A stretch of DNA of 64,000 nucleotides from Halobacteriales archaeon (GTDB lineage: Archaea; Halobacteriota; Halobacteria; Halobacteriales; SKNY01), in NCBI GenBank assembly GCA_007118975.1, contig SKQO01000036.1, forward strand, positions 28,413 through 92,412. The letters run 5' to 3'. The notes beneath the pieces are model-generated. The model saw only the letters and a program-made list of their open reading frames with translations, ran no database searches and was not told where the DNA came from. Below are positions 63,730 through 64,000 of the stretch, in pieces. The position numbers were made by a program, and so were the translations under genes. Within the stretch, counting starts at the first letter, position 1. Every line of letters begins with the position of its first letter.

Positions 63730-64000
63730 ATGACGGATAGTTCGAAGCCTCAGGTGAGCGTCCGAGATGTCCTGAACTCGATTGAAACCCACGAATTTCA
63801 TCCGCTCGAGGACGGCAGCTTCACGATCGATCGGTCACTGGAAGAGCACGGGATTGCCGACCTCGAGGATCGGGATTGGCGTGTGCGCTTACTCGCCGTT
63901 CGTGACCTCGTCCGGGCGGGAACAGCAGTTCCGGAAAGCATCCTCCCTGGCCTGGAGTCCGAGGACATCCATGTCCGTTCGATCACGGCAAATGCCGCTG
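63730..64000 (+). CDS. HEAT-repeat (PBS-lyase-type) protein, N-terminal part (continues beyond window)
   Basis: MTDSSKPQVSVRDVLNSIETHEFHPLEDGSFTIDRSLEEHGIADLEDRDWRVRLLAVRDLVRAGTAVPESILPGLESEDIHVRSITANAA... Repeated D..VR..A...L units. The frame is open to the window end, so it is absent from the ORF track. Confidence 0.65.
   Translation, partial: MTDSSKPQVSVRDVLNSIETHEFHPLEDGSFTIDRSLEEHGIADLEDRDWRVRLLAVRDLVRAGTAVPESILPGLESEDIHVRSITANAA

Overview
GC-rich chromosomal segment that looks haloarchaeal (class Halobacteria). The evidence is strongly acidic predicted proteins, archaeosortase A, TFE, RpoL, aTrm56, GTP cyclohydrolase III, a DpsA-type ferritin, and TATA boxes about 25 nt upstream of start codons (leaderless style). 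I support about 65 protein-coding genes, 2 tRNAs (Thr-UGU, Glu-UUC) and several gene relics. I saw no rRNA and no CRISPR array.

Layout:
- 0-19 kb: a catabolic island with two Gfo/Idh/MocA oxidoreductases, an enolase-superfamily sugar-acid dehydratase, ThuA, a xylose-isomerase-like TIM barrel protein, an MlrC-like M81 protein, hydantoinase/oxoprolinase A+B, an NHL propeller protein and a Zn-dependent alcohol dehydrogenase. It contains clear gene decay: an amidohydrolase with four lesions, a mini FG-GAP ORF and a fumarylacetoacetate hydrolase (FAH) remnant.
- 19-44 kb: mostly conserved housekeeping genes (gdhA, artA, sdo1, hflX, nnr, phoU, tfe, trm56, rpoL, a PolB2-like polymerase, a rhomboid protease, an HtrA-like protease). 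A 5'-truncated, frameshifted TnpB remnant sits at 27.7-28.2 kb.
- 44.8-48.2 kb: a compositionally mosaic islet directly 3' of tRNA-Thr. It holds a broken tyrosine-integrase-like reading frame, AT-rich blocks, a short TrpRS with atypical codon usage, a ParB-like nuclease fragment and a DUF1643 gene.
- 49-64 kb: folA, a DapA-family aldolase, two Cys-type sulfatases, a SOS-response-associated peptidase (SRAP), GTP cyclohydrolase III, beta-oxidation genes, tRNA-Glu and two tandem Kef-type antiporters.

I did not recognise an intact, clearly novel multi-gene system. The most unusual loci are the tRNA-Thr-linked islet with its aminoacyl-tRNA synthetase cargo, the PolB2-like gene translationally coupled to a small ORF, and the TnpB relic that keeps its 3' end.

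All functional calls come from motif or family recognition by eye on the supplied translations. No database search was run. DUF numbers are from memory and should be verified.
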